DNA of 64,000 nt from an uncultured Gammaproteobacteria bacterium. GTDB taxonomy: Bacteria > Actinomycetota > Acidimicrobiia > Acidimicrobiales > Aldehydirespiratoraceae. Each line of letters begins with the position of its first letter. The first letter of the stretch is position 1. The notes beneath the pieces were generated by a model. It was not told where the DNA came from and did not search any database. It saw nothing but the letters and a program-made list of their open reading frames with translations. The stretch covers positions 134,761-198,760 of the forward strand of contig CAXMSE010000039.1 in NCBI GenBank assembly GCA_964196195.1, written 5' to 3'. Positions 18,843 to 28,375 of this stretch are shown here, piece by piece. A program made the translations under genes and the position numbers.

Positions 18843-19771
18843 CCGTCGTCGCGATAGACGTCCGGCTCGATGTACATGGGCCGGGCTGCAGGAACTTCCT
18901 TGCGGACGTTGGCCTCGAGTCGGTCGATCGCCCCGGCCAGTTCGGTGGCATCGTAGCCATCTGCGAAATGGACCTTGGCGCCGACCAGCAATTCATCAGG
19001 GCCGAGGTGTTGGGTTCGGAGATGGATCAGGCGCTCGACGCCCTCTGTGCGTTCTATGGCCGCGATGATGTCTTCGCGGACCTGCGGTTGGGCACTTTCG
19101 CCGATTAGTAGGCTTTTCATCTCCACCGCCAGAACGATGGCGATAAGGCCGAGGAGCACTCCGATCGACAGGGTGCCTACGCCATCCCAGATCGGTGCAT
19201 CGAAAACTTCGGCGATGGTGAGGGCCCCCATCGCCAGCCCGAGGCCTACCATTGCGCCGAGGTCTTCGAGCAGCACAACAGGTAGCTCCGGCACCTTCGA
19301 GCGCCGGATGAAGTCTGGCCAAGACGCACCGTGACGAAGATGGTCGGCCTCTTTCACCGCTGTACGAAACGAAAAGCCTTCGAGCAAGATGCCGAAACCG
19401 AGTACGCCGAACGCCCACCCAGGACTGGTGATCTCGTGGGGGTGGCGGATCTTCTCGACCCCTTCAAAAATAGCGAACATGGAGCCGACCGTGAAGAGTA
19501 CGAGAGCTACAACGAAGGACCAGAAGTAACGCTCGCGCCCGTAGCCGAAAGGGTGAGACGTGCTGGCTTCGCGCCGGGCCAGACGTCCACCCATCAAGAG
19601 GAGGGCCTGGTTGCCGGTATCGGCACAGGAATGGATCGCCTCGGCCAGCATCGAGGATGCCCCGGTGAAGGCGAAGGCGACGAACTTGGCGATCGCTATC
19701 CCCAGGTTGGCGAAAAAGGCTGCAACGATCGCCTTCGTGCCACCGCCTGCCGCCATTAGATGCCCTTCCAT
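18839..19771 (-). CDS. cation diffusion facilitator (CDF) family metal efflux transporter
   Basis: Six TM helices with HSxxD metal-site motifs (AIHSCADTGN) and a C-terminal cytoplasmic domain. The start may be the internal ATG at 19756. Confidence 0.85.
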   Translation of the reverse strand: MEGHLMAAGGGTKAIVAAFFANLGIAIAKFVAFAFTGASSMLAEAIHSCADTGNQALLLMGGRLARREASTSHPFGYGRERYFWSFVVALVLFTVGSMFAIFEGVEKIRHPHEITSPGWAFGVLGFGILLEGFSFRTAVKEADHLRHGASWPDFIRRSKVPELPVVLLEDLGAMVGLGLAMGALTIAEVFDAPIWDGVGTLSIGVLLGLIAIVLAVEMKSLLIGESAQPQVREDIIAAIERTEGVERLIHLRTQHLGPDELLVGAKVHFADGYDATELAGAIDRLEANVRKEVPAARPMYIEPDVYRDDG

Positions 19772-19849
19772 TGGTGACCGCCCCGATCACGCTCAGCGAC
19801 GAGGCTAACCCGAGGCTCAGAAGCTGTGGTGGTGTGCCGATGAAGAGAT

Positions 19850-22120
19850 GTGGCAATCGAGGATGCACCGTGGTCGTTGCTGTCGCTGACCGAGTTGATA
19901 GCGACTTTCGGCGATCCCGACACCGAGATGGGCGTCGGCGGGGCGCTCCAAGTGATCACCGAGGTGGTCGGGGTGGATTTCGCGGCGGTATGTGGGGCCC
20001 GTTCCGTCGTTGAGGCGGTCGGGTTCGACCAGCTGATCCGTCCGGATCGGGAGTTGCTGGCGCTCGCGCGGTCCGAACTGATGGAGGCCGATGTGAGCGG
20101 TGTCGGGCCGGTGTCTGTGGCCCGATCACCGGTAACCGGCACCGAGGCAAGCATCGTGATGCTGCGCGCCACGGGCCCGTTCACCGACCGCGAGCTCGGT
20201 CTCGTCAATACCATTGGCCGGATCGCGGGTCTAGCGGCCACCATGCGCTCGGCTCTGGAAGCCGAGCGAAGCACACGCGTCGATCTCGAGCGACGAGTCG
20301 ACGACAATCGAGTCCTCGTGGCCCAACTCCGCGAGCGCCAAGGGCTCCTCGATCGCCTCTTTCGTATCCAGCAGTCGATCTTGCGCCGTTCGCCCACCCA
20401 GGCCGTACTCGATTCGGTCACCGAGGGAGCGCTCGACCTCCTCGATGTGGATCAGGTCCGCCTGAGGATCATCCCCATGGAACAACCGGGCACCCTTTTG
20501 CTCGCTTCGAGCCAGGGATTCGATCCCGAGCAGGAGGACGCGATGCGGGCCTCCTGTGTTGTTGAGGGACCCATCGCGCGGGCCATCAACGAGAATCGAC
20601 TCGTGGCCGATCATCGGGAGGCCGAGGGCGCCGCGATGGCCGCGCCGGTGGCGGTGGGCGCCGAGGTGGTGGGCTGTCTCAGCGTGTCAACGGTGAACGC
20701 CGCTCGACGATTCAGCCCCGCCGAGCAGGAGGCCCTCATCGCGTTCGCTCAGCACGCCTCTCTCGCGCTTCAGGATGCTCGTTCCGCCGACGCGATGCGC
20801 AACGCTCTCGACCGCGAGCGTCATCGAGCCGAACACGACCCGCTCACCGGCCTGCCCAACCGGCCTACCATTCGGGCGGCTCTCTCCCACCGGATCGGTA
20901 TTGCCGACAAGGTGCCGATCGTCTTGCTCTTCGTCGACCTCGATCGGTTCAAGCTCACCAACGACACCCTCGGTCACTCCTTCGGCGACACGGTGCTCAC
21001 CGTCGTTTCTGACCGGCTCAAGACTTCGGTCCGTGCTGGTGATGTGGTGGGCCGCCTGTCCGGCGACGAGTTTGTGGTGATCTGCGAAGGCATCACCGAG
21101 GTGGGTGCGGTCGAGGTTTCCGAGCGGCTTCAGGCCGTGATCAGCGAGCCCATCAGCGAGGGACACATCGAGCATGTGATCACCGCGTCGGTCGGGATTG
21201 CACGCGCTCATCGCGGCGAATCTGCACAACAGGTGCTGGCCAACGCGGATCTGGCGATGTATCGGGCCAAGGAGGCAGGTCGCGGTGGGGTGGAGGTGTT
21301 CGACGACGCGCTGCGCGATCAGGTCGAAGAACGTATGATCGTCAGCCAGGACCTGCGGCGGGCGCTCGAACAGAACGAGCTGAGGGTGCACCTCCAACCG
21401 GTGGTCGGACTCCCCAGTCGACTGGTAGTCGGGTTCGAGGCGCTCGTTCGATGGCAGCATCCCATTCGGGGTCTGTTGGCTCCTTCGGCTTTCCTTTCTC
21501 TGGCAGAGGACACTGGCCAAAGCTCGAGAATCGACATCTTCGTTCTCGAGGAAACCATCAAACTCCTGGGTAGCCACGCCGGGTCTCGACCGATCTCGGT
21601 CAACCTGTCGGCCCGTACCTTCTCGGACCCAGCGCTGACGCCCTGGATCTCGGATCGGCTTCAAGAGGCGGACGTCGAACCGTCGCGGCTGATAATCGAG
21701 GTCACCGAGACACTCCTCATGGACTCTTCGGGGGCTGCGTCGGGTCAGGTCACGGCGATGCGCGATCTCGGCTTGAAGATCCTGATCGACGACTTCGGAA
21801 CGGGCTACTCATCGCTCGCCTACCTACAGACCTTCGAGGTCGATGGGGTGAAGATCGACCGCGGATTCATCAGTCGTCTCGATACCGATCCGCGCGCCGA
21901 AGCGATCGTGAGCGCCGTGTTCAGCATGGCGGCCGCACTCGACTTGTTGGTGGTGGCCGAGGGGGTCGAAACCGATGAGCAGATGGATCGCGTGCTCGCC
22001 ATTCGCGACAAAGAAGGCATCGTTGAGCTCTACGGCCAGGGTTACCTGTTCGGCCGGGCCGTTGACGGCGATACCCGCCTGGGTGGATTCGTGGAGTTGG
22101 CGAGCCGCGCGCTCCGGTGA
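19850..22120 (+). CDS. GAF x2 - GGDEF - EAL signalling protein
   Basis: Two GAF-like domains; GGDEF domain with an SGDEF variant (RLSGDEFVVICEG); EAL domain (EALVRWQHP, DDFGTGYSSL). Confidence 0.9.
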   Translation: MAIEDAPWSLLSLTELIATFGDPDTEMGVGGALQVITEVVGVDFAAVCGARSVVEAVGFDQLIRPDRELLALARSELMEADVSGVGPVSVARSPVTGTEASIVMLRATGPFTDRELGLVNTIGRIAGLAATMRSALEAERSTRVDLERRVDDNRVLVAQLRERQGLLDRLFRIQQSILRRSPTQAVLDSVTEGALDLLDVDQVRLRIIPMEQPGTLLLASSQGFDPEQEDAMRASCVVEGPIARAINENRLVADHREAEGAAMAAPVAVGAEVVGCLSVSTVNAARRFSPAEQEALIAFAQHASLALQDARSADAMRNALDRERHRAEHDPLTGLPNRPTIRAALSHRIGIADKVPIVLLFVDLDRFKLTNDTLGHSFGDTVLTVVSDRLKTSVRAGDVVGRLSGDEFVVICEGITEVGAVEVSERLQAVISEPISEGHIEHVITASVGIARAHRGESAQQVLANADLAMYRAKEAGRGGVEVFDDALRDQVEERMIVSQDLRRALEQNELRVHLQPVVGLPSRLVVGFEALVRWQHPIRGLLAPSAFLSLAEDTGQSSRIDIFVLEETIKLLGSHAGSRPISVNLSARTFSDPALTPWISDRLQEADVEPSRLIIEVTETLLMDSSGAASGQVTAMRDLGLKILIDDFGTGYSSLAYLQTFEVDGVKIDRGFISRLDTDPRAEAIVSAVFSMAAALDLLVVAEGVETDEQMDRVLAIRDKEGIVELYGQGYLFGRAVDGDTRLGGFVELASRALR

Positions 22121-22153
22121 AGTTCCCGCGGCAACGGCCTAGTGTGAGTTGCC

Positions 22154-23098
22154 ATGGCCAAGCGCAAGAGGAAGCAACGATCCATCGCGGGCGTCGAACC
22201 GTCGCTTCCTCCGATCACTGCCGGCCTTGTGAGCTCGACTCGCCGAGTTCCGGCTGAGATAGCGCGTCCGCCGTATGCTCTCACCGGTGATCCGGGCCCG
22301 TCGCTCTCGCCTCTCACGCGAACGCCAGACGAGCTGGCGGCGATGCGTCGCACGGGACAGGATGCAGCCGAGATACTGCTGCGGGCAGGTGAGGTGGTCC
22401 GTCCTGGAATCACCACCGATGAGATCGACCGGTTTGTTCACGACGCTTCGGTCGAACGCGGCGGTTATCCGAGTCCGCTCAACTATCGAGGATTTCCCAA
22501 GTCGGTTTGTACTTCGGTTAACGAAGTGATCTGCCACGGGATCCCCGACAGCCGCGCCCTCGCCGACGGCGACATCATCAATATCGACGTCACCTTGTGG
22601 AAGGACGGCGTCCACGGCGACACGTCGGCCACCTTCCTCGTGGGCGATGTCGACGAGTTGTCCCTGCGCCTGGTGCGCGAGACCGCGCGAGCCCTCGATC
22701 TCGGCATTGCTGCGGTCACCCCCGGAGGGCTCGTGAGCGAGATCGGCAAAGCCATCGAATCCCACGCCGTCCGGCACCGTCTGGGAGTTGTCCGAGAGTT
22801 CATCGGTCACGGGATAGGCACCGAGTTCCATACCAATCTCCAGATCCCGCACTACTTCGACCGAAGGCTCACCACCCGACTCGAGGTCGACACCTCGTTC
22901 ACGATCGAGCCGATGCTCACGCTCGGATCCCCCGATGCCGGCTTGTGGGACGACGACTGGACCGCTGCCACGGTCGACGGCACCCGTTCCGCCCAGTTCG
23001 AACACACGCTCATCGTCGGAACCGATGGGGCACAGCGACTCACCGTCACTGCCGCGGGAGAGTGCGCGCACGATCTCGTCGCGGCCGCGGTCGCCTGA
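22154..23098 (+). CDS. map: methionine aminopeptidase type I (type Ic with N-terminal extension)
   Basis: Pita-bread fold motifs VCHGIP, DIINIDVT, FIGHGIG and FTIEPM. Confidence 0.9.
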   Translation: MAKRKRKQRSIAGVEPSLPPITAGLVSSTRRVPAEIARPPYALTGDPGPSLSPLTRTPDELAAMRRTGQDAAEILLRAGEVVRPGITTDEIDRFVHDASVERGGYPSPLNYRGFPKSVCTSVNEVICHGIPDSRALADGDIINIDVTLWKDGVHGDTSATFLVGDVDELSLRLVRETARALDLGIAAVTPGGLVSEIGKAIESHAVRHRLGVVREFIGHGIGTEFHTNLQIPHYFDRRLTTRLEVDTSFTIEPMLTLGSPDAGLWDDDWTAATVDGTRSAQFEHTLIVGTDGAQRLTVTAAGECAHDLVAAAVA

Positions 23099-23170
23099 GG
23101 ACGCGCCGCTTGCTCCAAGCACCTAAGATCGCCTCGACCAGCTAATCCGGCCACCTCAGGGAGCAAGACG

Positions 23171-23581
23171 ATGGCGTCCATCGAGACCATCGAAGGTATT
23201 GGTATCAAGAACGGTAAGGCCTTGCGCAAGGCGGGCATCAAGTCGACGGGCGCCCTGCTTGCCGCCGCGGGTTCCAAGAAGGGGCGCAAACAATGTGCAG
23301 CCGATAGTGGCTGCACCGAGGCCCAACTACTGGAGTGGGTCAACAGGGCCGACCTCATGCGGGTCCGTGGCGTCGGAGAGGAATACAGCGACCTGCTCGA
23401 GCGATCCGGGGTCGATAGCGTGAAGGAACTGCGGAGGCGCAATTCCGCCAACCTCCACGCGAAGATGCACGAGGTGAACACCGCGAAGCGCCGCAACCTG
23501 GTTCGCCGGCCTCCGTCGTTGGGTGAGGTCGAGCGGTGGGTCGCCCACGCCGGCACGCTCGACCCTGTCGTCACCCACTGA
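23171..23581 (+). CDS. DUF4332 domain protein
   Basis: MASIETIEGIG..KLRKAGI..LL and LMRVRGVGEEYSDLLERSGVDSVKELR match the tandem HhH-like DUF4332 pattern. Confidence 0.65.
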   Translation: MASIETIEGIGIKNGKALRKAGIKSTGALLAAAGSKKGRKQCAADSGCTEAQLLEWVNRADLMRVRGVGEEYSDLLERSGVDSVKELRRRNSANLHAKMHEVNTAKRRNLVRRPPSLGEVERWVAHAGTLDPVVTH

Positions 23582-23602
23582 GTCGCCTGTCCGAAACCGA
23601 GA

Positions 23603-25051
23603 TCAGGCGAGGCTGAATTCGACACGGCCTTCGTTGGGATCGGACCCCTGCAACACCACCGTCACCTCGGCTCCGAGCTCCAGACCGTCGGCGGGAAGCC
23701 GAGCCACCACTGCAGGATCGCGTAGCTGGATGCGACCACGGTCGCGTTTGAAGTCGATGTCGGTGACCACCGCGGTGAACGATTCGCCCACCCGGGGCGC
23801 GAGCACCACTGCTTCGACATAGTCGACGAGGGCTCGTTCGAGGTTCCGGTCGCGTGACTTGGCCGCGCCCATGAGGCTCGGTAGTTCGTCCAGCGCTTCG
23901 AGAGCCCACGCCGGGGCTTCCCGCTCGGCGCATTGGGCCAGCACGATCTCGTTGGCGAAACGGTCGCACAGCCGGCGAAGGGGCGCGGTGACGTGGGCGT
24001 AGGTCGATGCGATGGCGGAGTGCTGGGGCTCGGCCGGCAGATCGTGATCTTGGAAGGACACGTAGCCAGCGCCGCGAAGACCGCGAGCGGCCTGCGACAA
24101 CATCGCGGCGCGTTCGGGCGTGTCGGGGGTCAAGCCTCGCACCTGTTCGGCGTAGCTCACATCGTCTGCCCAATCGACGCCGAGCGCACGCGCCGTATGG
24201 CGTAAGCGGCCAACCGTGCGAGGGTCCGGGTCCGGAAGCGTGCGCAACAGTCCTGCCCCTCCGGCGAGCATGATTCGGCTCGCCGCGATCCCGGTGAGCA
24301 GGGAGATCTGGGCATTCCAGTTCTCGATCGGGAGGGTCTCGTCGTAGACCAGTTCGAATGATCCGTCGACGCGGCGAACCACCTCCTGGTCGGGGAGGTC
24401 GAGGCTCACCGCCCCCCGGTCGGCCTCGAGTGCCTGGCGCAGGCGGCCGATCTCTTCCAGGAGAGCGAGAGGAGAGTCGGGGTGGGAGGTGGCAACCTCG
24501 GCCTGGGCCTGTCGATACGACAGTTGGCGTCGATTCCGGACGTCGGCGCGCTCGAGGCGGGCGTCGACGATCTCGCCGTGATCGTCGAGCCTGATTGTCC
24601 AGAGTAGGGCCCGCCGGTCGCGGCCCTCGAGCAGGCTTCCACCGTCTTCGTTGATCGATTCCGGATGCAGGGAGGTGCGGAGATCGGGGCTGTAGAGGGT
24701 GAGCCCCCGTTTCCGTGCTTCGGAATCGATCACGCTGCCGGGCATGACCAGGGCGGCCACGTCGGCGATGGCGTAGAACACCGTGAACCCGTCGGGGTGG
24801 CGACGAGCCGAGAAGGCCTGGTCGAGGTCGGTGGAGCCATGGGGGTCGATGGCCAGCAGGTCGATGTGGCAGGCATCTATCACATCGGAGTGGGCGCCGG
24901 GAGGGATGAGTGGGCCGGCACCGACCGCGTCGACCGCAGCCTGCAGGACCTCATCGGAGAACGACGCCGGGACATCGAGTTGCTCACGGATCCTGCGAAA
25001 CCCCGCGGTGAAGCTTGGATCGGACGGACAGCGAACGAACTGTTGAGGCAC
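23603..25051 (-). CDS. RNB-domain exoribonuclease (RNase II/R family, no S1/CSD domains)
   Basis: RNB catalytic motif AIDPHGSTDLDQAF and an overall RNB fold pattern. Confidence 0.8.
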   Translation of the reverse strand: MPQQFVRCPSDPSFTAGFRRIREQLDVPASFSDEVLQAAVDAVGAGPLIPPGAHSDVIDACHIDLLAIDPHGSTDLDQAFSARRHPDGFTVFYAIADVAALVMPGSVIDSEARKRGLTLYSPDLRTSLHPESINEDGGSLLEGRDRRALLWTIRLDDHGEIVDARLERADVRNRRQLSYRQAQAEVATSHPDSPLALLEEIGRLRQALEADRGAVSLDLPDQEVVRRVDGSFELVYDETLPIENWNAQISLLTGIAASRIMLAGGAGLLRTLPDPDPRTVGRLRHTARALGVDWADDVSYAEQVRGLTPDTPERAAMLSQAARGLRGAGYVSFQDHDLPAEPQHSAIASTYAHVTAPLRRLCDRFANEIVLAQCAEREAPAWALEALDELPSLMGAAKSRDRNLERALVDYVEAVVLAPRVGESFTAVVTDIDFKRDRGRIQLRDPAVVARLPADGLELGAEVTVVLQGSDPNEGRVEFSLA

Positions 25052-25075
25052 AGCGCTCGACCCTAGTGGGGGGCG

Positions 25076-26581
25076 TCAGCGGAGGTTGACCGCATCGGTG
25101 CGAGGCATCTCGATCCATGTTCGACCCGGCAGGATCGCCACGAAGTTGCCGCTTCCGTCGACGTATTCGATCTGGTCGCCGACCTCGTTGCGACGCCAGC
25201 GGGCCCTCACCACCTGGCCATCGGTGAGGATCCAGGCGACACCGTTGCCGACGGTGATCGCCTCAGGCGATCGGGCATCGGCTGCTGAGGCCACATAGCT
25301 GGTGAACTGGATAATCACGGTGGTGGGGACAACGCGTAGCCCGGCGCTGTCGACGGTTGGTGAGCCGTCCTGGCTGCGGGCCCAACCGGTGCCGTCCCAT
25401 TCGTAGTCGATGGTGGTCTGGCCGTAGTCGAGAGTGGCCCCGCTCGCTGCGGCCGGGTCGCCGACGATCGGGTCGCCGGCGTCTCGGAAGCGGAAGATCG
25501 GCGAGGGTGTGCTGGTGAGGTAGTCGGGCCCGGATCCGACCGACCAGAGATTGAGCGGGTTGGTGTACAGGTTGTGGGGCGCCGCTCGGCCGCTGCGGTA
25601 GTAGAGACCTCCGTGGCTCGCGGCGCCGATGTCGATGAGGGTGGACTCACCGAGCGCTTGGCGGGCACCCCGGTTGCCGCCAGAGTTGGCGAAGAGGGGC
25701 GAGTTGAACTGGGCGAGCAGATCGAAGTCGCCGGTGCGCATCGAACGTACGGGTCCGACCTCATCGACGCCGGTGGAATGGAAGACGGCGGCGAACCGGG
25801 TGAGGCCGCCCTCAACCTCCTCCACGTAGACGATGTCGGCCTGGTTGATTCCCGACTGGGGTCGGGCCGCCACCACATTGTCGATCTTGACCGCGAGCAC
25901 CGGACGAGTGGGGTCGTCAAAGGTGCTGAGCCCGGTGAGGATCGCCTTGTTCTCGAGTGAGGCGAGGAACTCGATCTCGCGCTGGGTGTCGTCGAGCTCC
26001 AGCGCGAGAGCAGACCGGATTGCGCCGGCTTCGTTGTAGCTCGTCTCGGTTGCATCGCGGTCGGCTTCGGCCACCCGGCGGGCCTCGCGGGCCGCCGTCA
26101 GGTCGCCGGTGAGCAGCACCAGCCGCTCATCGATCGCGTCGAGTCGGGCCTGGGCGTCGTCGATCACCGCGCGATAGAGCTCCCGGCGTTGTGACGACTG
26201 GTCGGCGCCCTCGAGCACCTGGATCTCGTCGATCAGGGCGTTTTGGCGCGGGTCGCCGTTGGTGAAGCCCACAATCGCGATCTCCACTCGTGTTGATGCC
26301 GGCTCACGACGAGAATCGACCGTGCGTTCGATCTCATCGGCCACCAGCTCGATCCCCACCCGCCGACCATCGATCCGATCGTCGAGTCCGGCCAGCTCGG
26401 CATCGAGAGCTGCGATCTCCGCATCGACCGTCGCCAGCTCGAGAGTGATCTCGTCGCGACGTTGTTGAAGTTGGTCGATCCGGTCGGCCTCGACCTGGGC
26501 CGCGACAGGAGCACCCGCGGCAAGCAGGGCAAGGGACGTAGACGCGACCACTAGGAGTCGGGATCGAAAACTGCGGAACAT
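25076..26581 (-). CDS. secreted DUF3048 (YerB-like) protein with N-terminal coiled-coil
   Basis: Signal peptide MFRSFRSRLLVVASTSLALLAAGAPVAAQ, then a coiled-coil, then PVLAVKIDNVVAARPQSGINQADIVYVEEVEGGLTRF typical of DUF3048. Confidence 0.7.
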   Translation of the reverse strand: MFRSFRSRLLVVASTSLALLAAGAPVAAQVEADRIDQLQQRRDEITLELATVDAEIAALDAELAGLDDRIDGRRVGIELVADEIERTVDSRREPASTRVEIAIVGFTNGDPRQNALIDEIQVLEGADQSSQRRELYRAVIDDAQARLDAIDERLVLLTGDLTAAREARRVAEADRDATETSYNEAGAIRSALALELDDTQREIEFLASLENKAILTGLSTFDDPTRPVLAVKIDNVVAARPQSGINQADIVYVEEVEGGLTRFAAVFHSTGVDEVGPVRSMRTGDFDLLAQFNSPLFANSGGNRGARQALGESTLIDIGAASHGGLYYRSGRAAPHNLYTNPLNLWSVGSGPDYLTSTPSPIFRFRDAGDPIVGDPAAASGATLDYGQTTIDYEWDGTGWARSQDGSPTVDSAGLRVVPTTVIIQFTSYVASAADARSPEAITVGNGVAWILTDGQVVRARWRRNEVGDQIEYVDGSGNFVAILPGRTWIEMPRTDAVNLR

Positions 26582-26599
26582 GTTCACCTGTGGCGGCAT

Positions 26600-27166
26600 G
26601 TGCCGCCCGCGTCGACAACGGTACCCGTTCGGAGGGGTTCGGCGACGACGCGATATCGTCCGATCGTGTCGATCGAGCTCCGAGAGATCCGCTTCAACCG
26701 CCATGATTGCGTCGCCGTCGTCGCCGCCATGCAGGCTCTCGATGCCGCGGGCAGCGGTGAGGGCTGGATCAACTTCTCACCGGTGCTGACCGAAGACGAA
26801 GAGGCCAGGGTGCCGATGAAGTCTGGGCTCGCGGCCTGGTTCTCGGGCCGGGGGCCCGCCATGGCGATGGGCACGTGGACACCGCGGGCCGTGGGCGCGA
26901 AGCCCCGCAACGCCCAGATCGGGCTCGAACACGGCACGGGCCCCAATGCGTTGCCCCGCCTCGCTGAGCTCGGGATCGGTCTCCCCGACGGCTGGGTCAA
27001 GCGCCAGGACCATGCCAAGCACGGGGTGGTGGCGGAGCTCCCGCCCGGGGCTGATGAGGGGCGGGTGATCGAGTGGTTGATCACGGCCGCCACGACCCTG
27101 CGCACCATGGTCGAGCCGGGAAACAGCTGGATCGCGATGGTTCACAGCCCGGTCACTCGGAGCTGA
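26600..27166 (+). CDS. hypothetical protein
   Basis: Protein-like composition (GWINFSPVLTEDEEARVPM...); no family recognised; the start is uncertain. A competing minus-strand ORF at 26584..27108 has poorer composition. Confidence 0.4.
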   Translation: MPPASTTVPVRRGSATTRYRPIVSIELREIRFNRHDCVAVVAAMQALDAAGSGEGWINFSPVLTEDEEARVPMKSGLAAWFSGRGPAMAMGTWTPRAVGAKPRNAQIGLEHGTGPNALPRLAELGIGLPDGWVKRQDHAKHGVVAELPPGADEGRVIEWLITAATTLRTMVEPGNSWIAMVHSPVTRS

Positions 27167-27194
27167 GAGACATGGGTCTCTGTCGCTCGTCGAC

Positions 27195-27638
27195 CTAGAC
27201 GGGTGCCGGATCGAAGCTCAATGCCACCTCGATGTCGGTGGCGGTGCCGGGTTCGTGCCCGTCAGAACAGTCCAGCAGCAGGTCGCCCTGGTTGGTGTGG
27301 GTGAGCCTGATCCCGGCCCAGCCCAGCCACGCCTGTTCGATATCGTCACGCCAGACGTTCCAGATGCTGAGCCGACCGGAAGGAGCCTCGACCTCTACTG
27401 TCTTGGGCGCGGTGTCGGCCCAGAGCACGATTCGTTTTGAGGTGGTGGTGCCGACCCTGAGGCGTCCGGAGCTGTCGAGCACGATCCCCTGGGGGCGTGA
27501 GCTCGTGGCGGAGCGGCGGGTGACAGTGATCGTGGTGTTCGCCGCGAGTTCGACGGTGATCGCGGCGTGGATCACCTGCCCGTCGATCTCGAGTTGATCA
27601 GCCTCTTCGCTCGTGAAACGGTCGGCGGTGGGGGTCAT
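27195..27638 (-). CDS. hypothetical beta-rich protein, last gene of the cNMP-rbsK-rihA operon
   Basis: 147 aa; 4-nt overlap with the upstream gene; no family recognised. Confidence 0.55.
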   Translation of the reverse strand: MTPTADRFTSEEADQLEIDGQVIHAAITVELAANTTITVTRRSATSSRPQGIVLDSSGRLRVGTTTSKRIVLWADTAPKTVEVEAPSGRLSIWNVWRDDIEQAWLGWAGIRLTHTNQGDLLLDCSDGHEPGTATDIEVALSFDPAPV

Positions 27639-28372
27639 GAGGCCGGCTCACGCTCGGGGGCGAAGGGATCGACCGCGTCGGATCGCCAGTGATGGCCTCC
27701 CGTGGTGTGATCGACGGTAGCGGTCTCGATGCGGCCGCTGATGGGATTGCGGCGTCGAGGAGCGTTCCCCTCGCGCATTCGGGCTTGGTTGGGCTCACCC
27801 CACACGGATTGGCCGGCCCGGTTCTTCCACACCCGGCTCCGGATGGTTGCCGCAGAGGGAGCCCCACCCTTGCGGTTGAGCATCAGGGGATTGTCGCCTG
27901 CTCTCCAGCGCCCCCGTGGCAGGGGCATCGTGAGGGTCGGTGGGTGATGCTCGTCGTAGGTGGCGAGCATCGCATCGGGGGTTAGGAGGGGGGCCTGGTC
28001 GTCGAGCTCGGGAAGCTGGCTCGGGCGCCGCCGCCGGCGACGGCGGGGAAGCGGATCGCCGCGAACGAGCAGCTCGTCGGCGGTGATCACCTCGGCTTCG
28101 CGTCGCTTGTTCCAGAGCACTCGCAGGCTCGAGGCGCCGTAGGCATCGCGCAGCGTGGATCTCACCGCGGCGTCGTCTTCGGCCCGTTTCAGCCGTCGCG
28201 CTTCGCGTCGCTCGCGACGGGTACCGAAGTACTGGTCGCCCTTGGGGCGAAAGGAGCCGCGGTTGGGGTTGCCCAGCCAGTCGAGGCTTACCCAGACGAC
28301 GCCACACAGCACCCACGCCATGATGAACGTATAGATCACCCGATCGCCCGACAGTAGTGAGTCGAGGTCCAT
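27635..28372 (-). CDS. hypothetical membrane-anchored protein (N-terminal TM, poly-Arg tract)
   Basis: TM helix VIYTFIMAWVLCGVVWVSL followed by a charged region containing RRRRRRRP. 3 nt downstream of the nucleoside hydrolase gene. Confidence 0.55.
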   Translation of the reverse strand: MDLDSLLSGDRVIYTFIMAWVLCGVVWVSLDWLGNPNRGSFRPKGDQYFGTRRERREARRLKRAEDDAAVRSTLRDAYGASSLRVLWNKRREAEVITADELLVRGDPLPRRRRRRRPSQLPELDDQAPLLTPDAMLATYDEHHPPTLTMPLPRGRWRAGDNPLMLNRKGGAPSAATIRSRVWKNRAGQSVWGEPNQARMREGNAPRRRNPISGRIETATVDHTTGGHHWRSDAVDPFAPEREPAS

Positions 28373-28375
28373 GAG

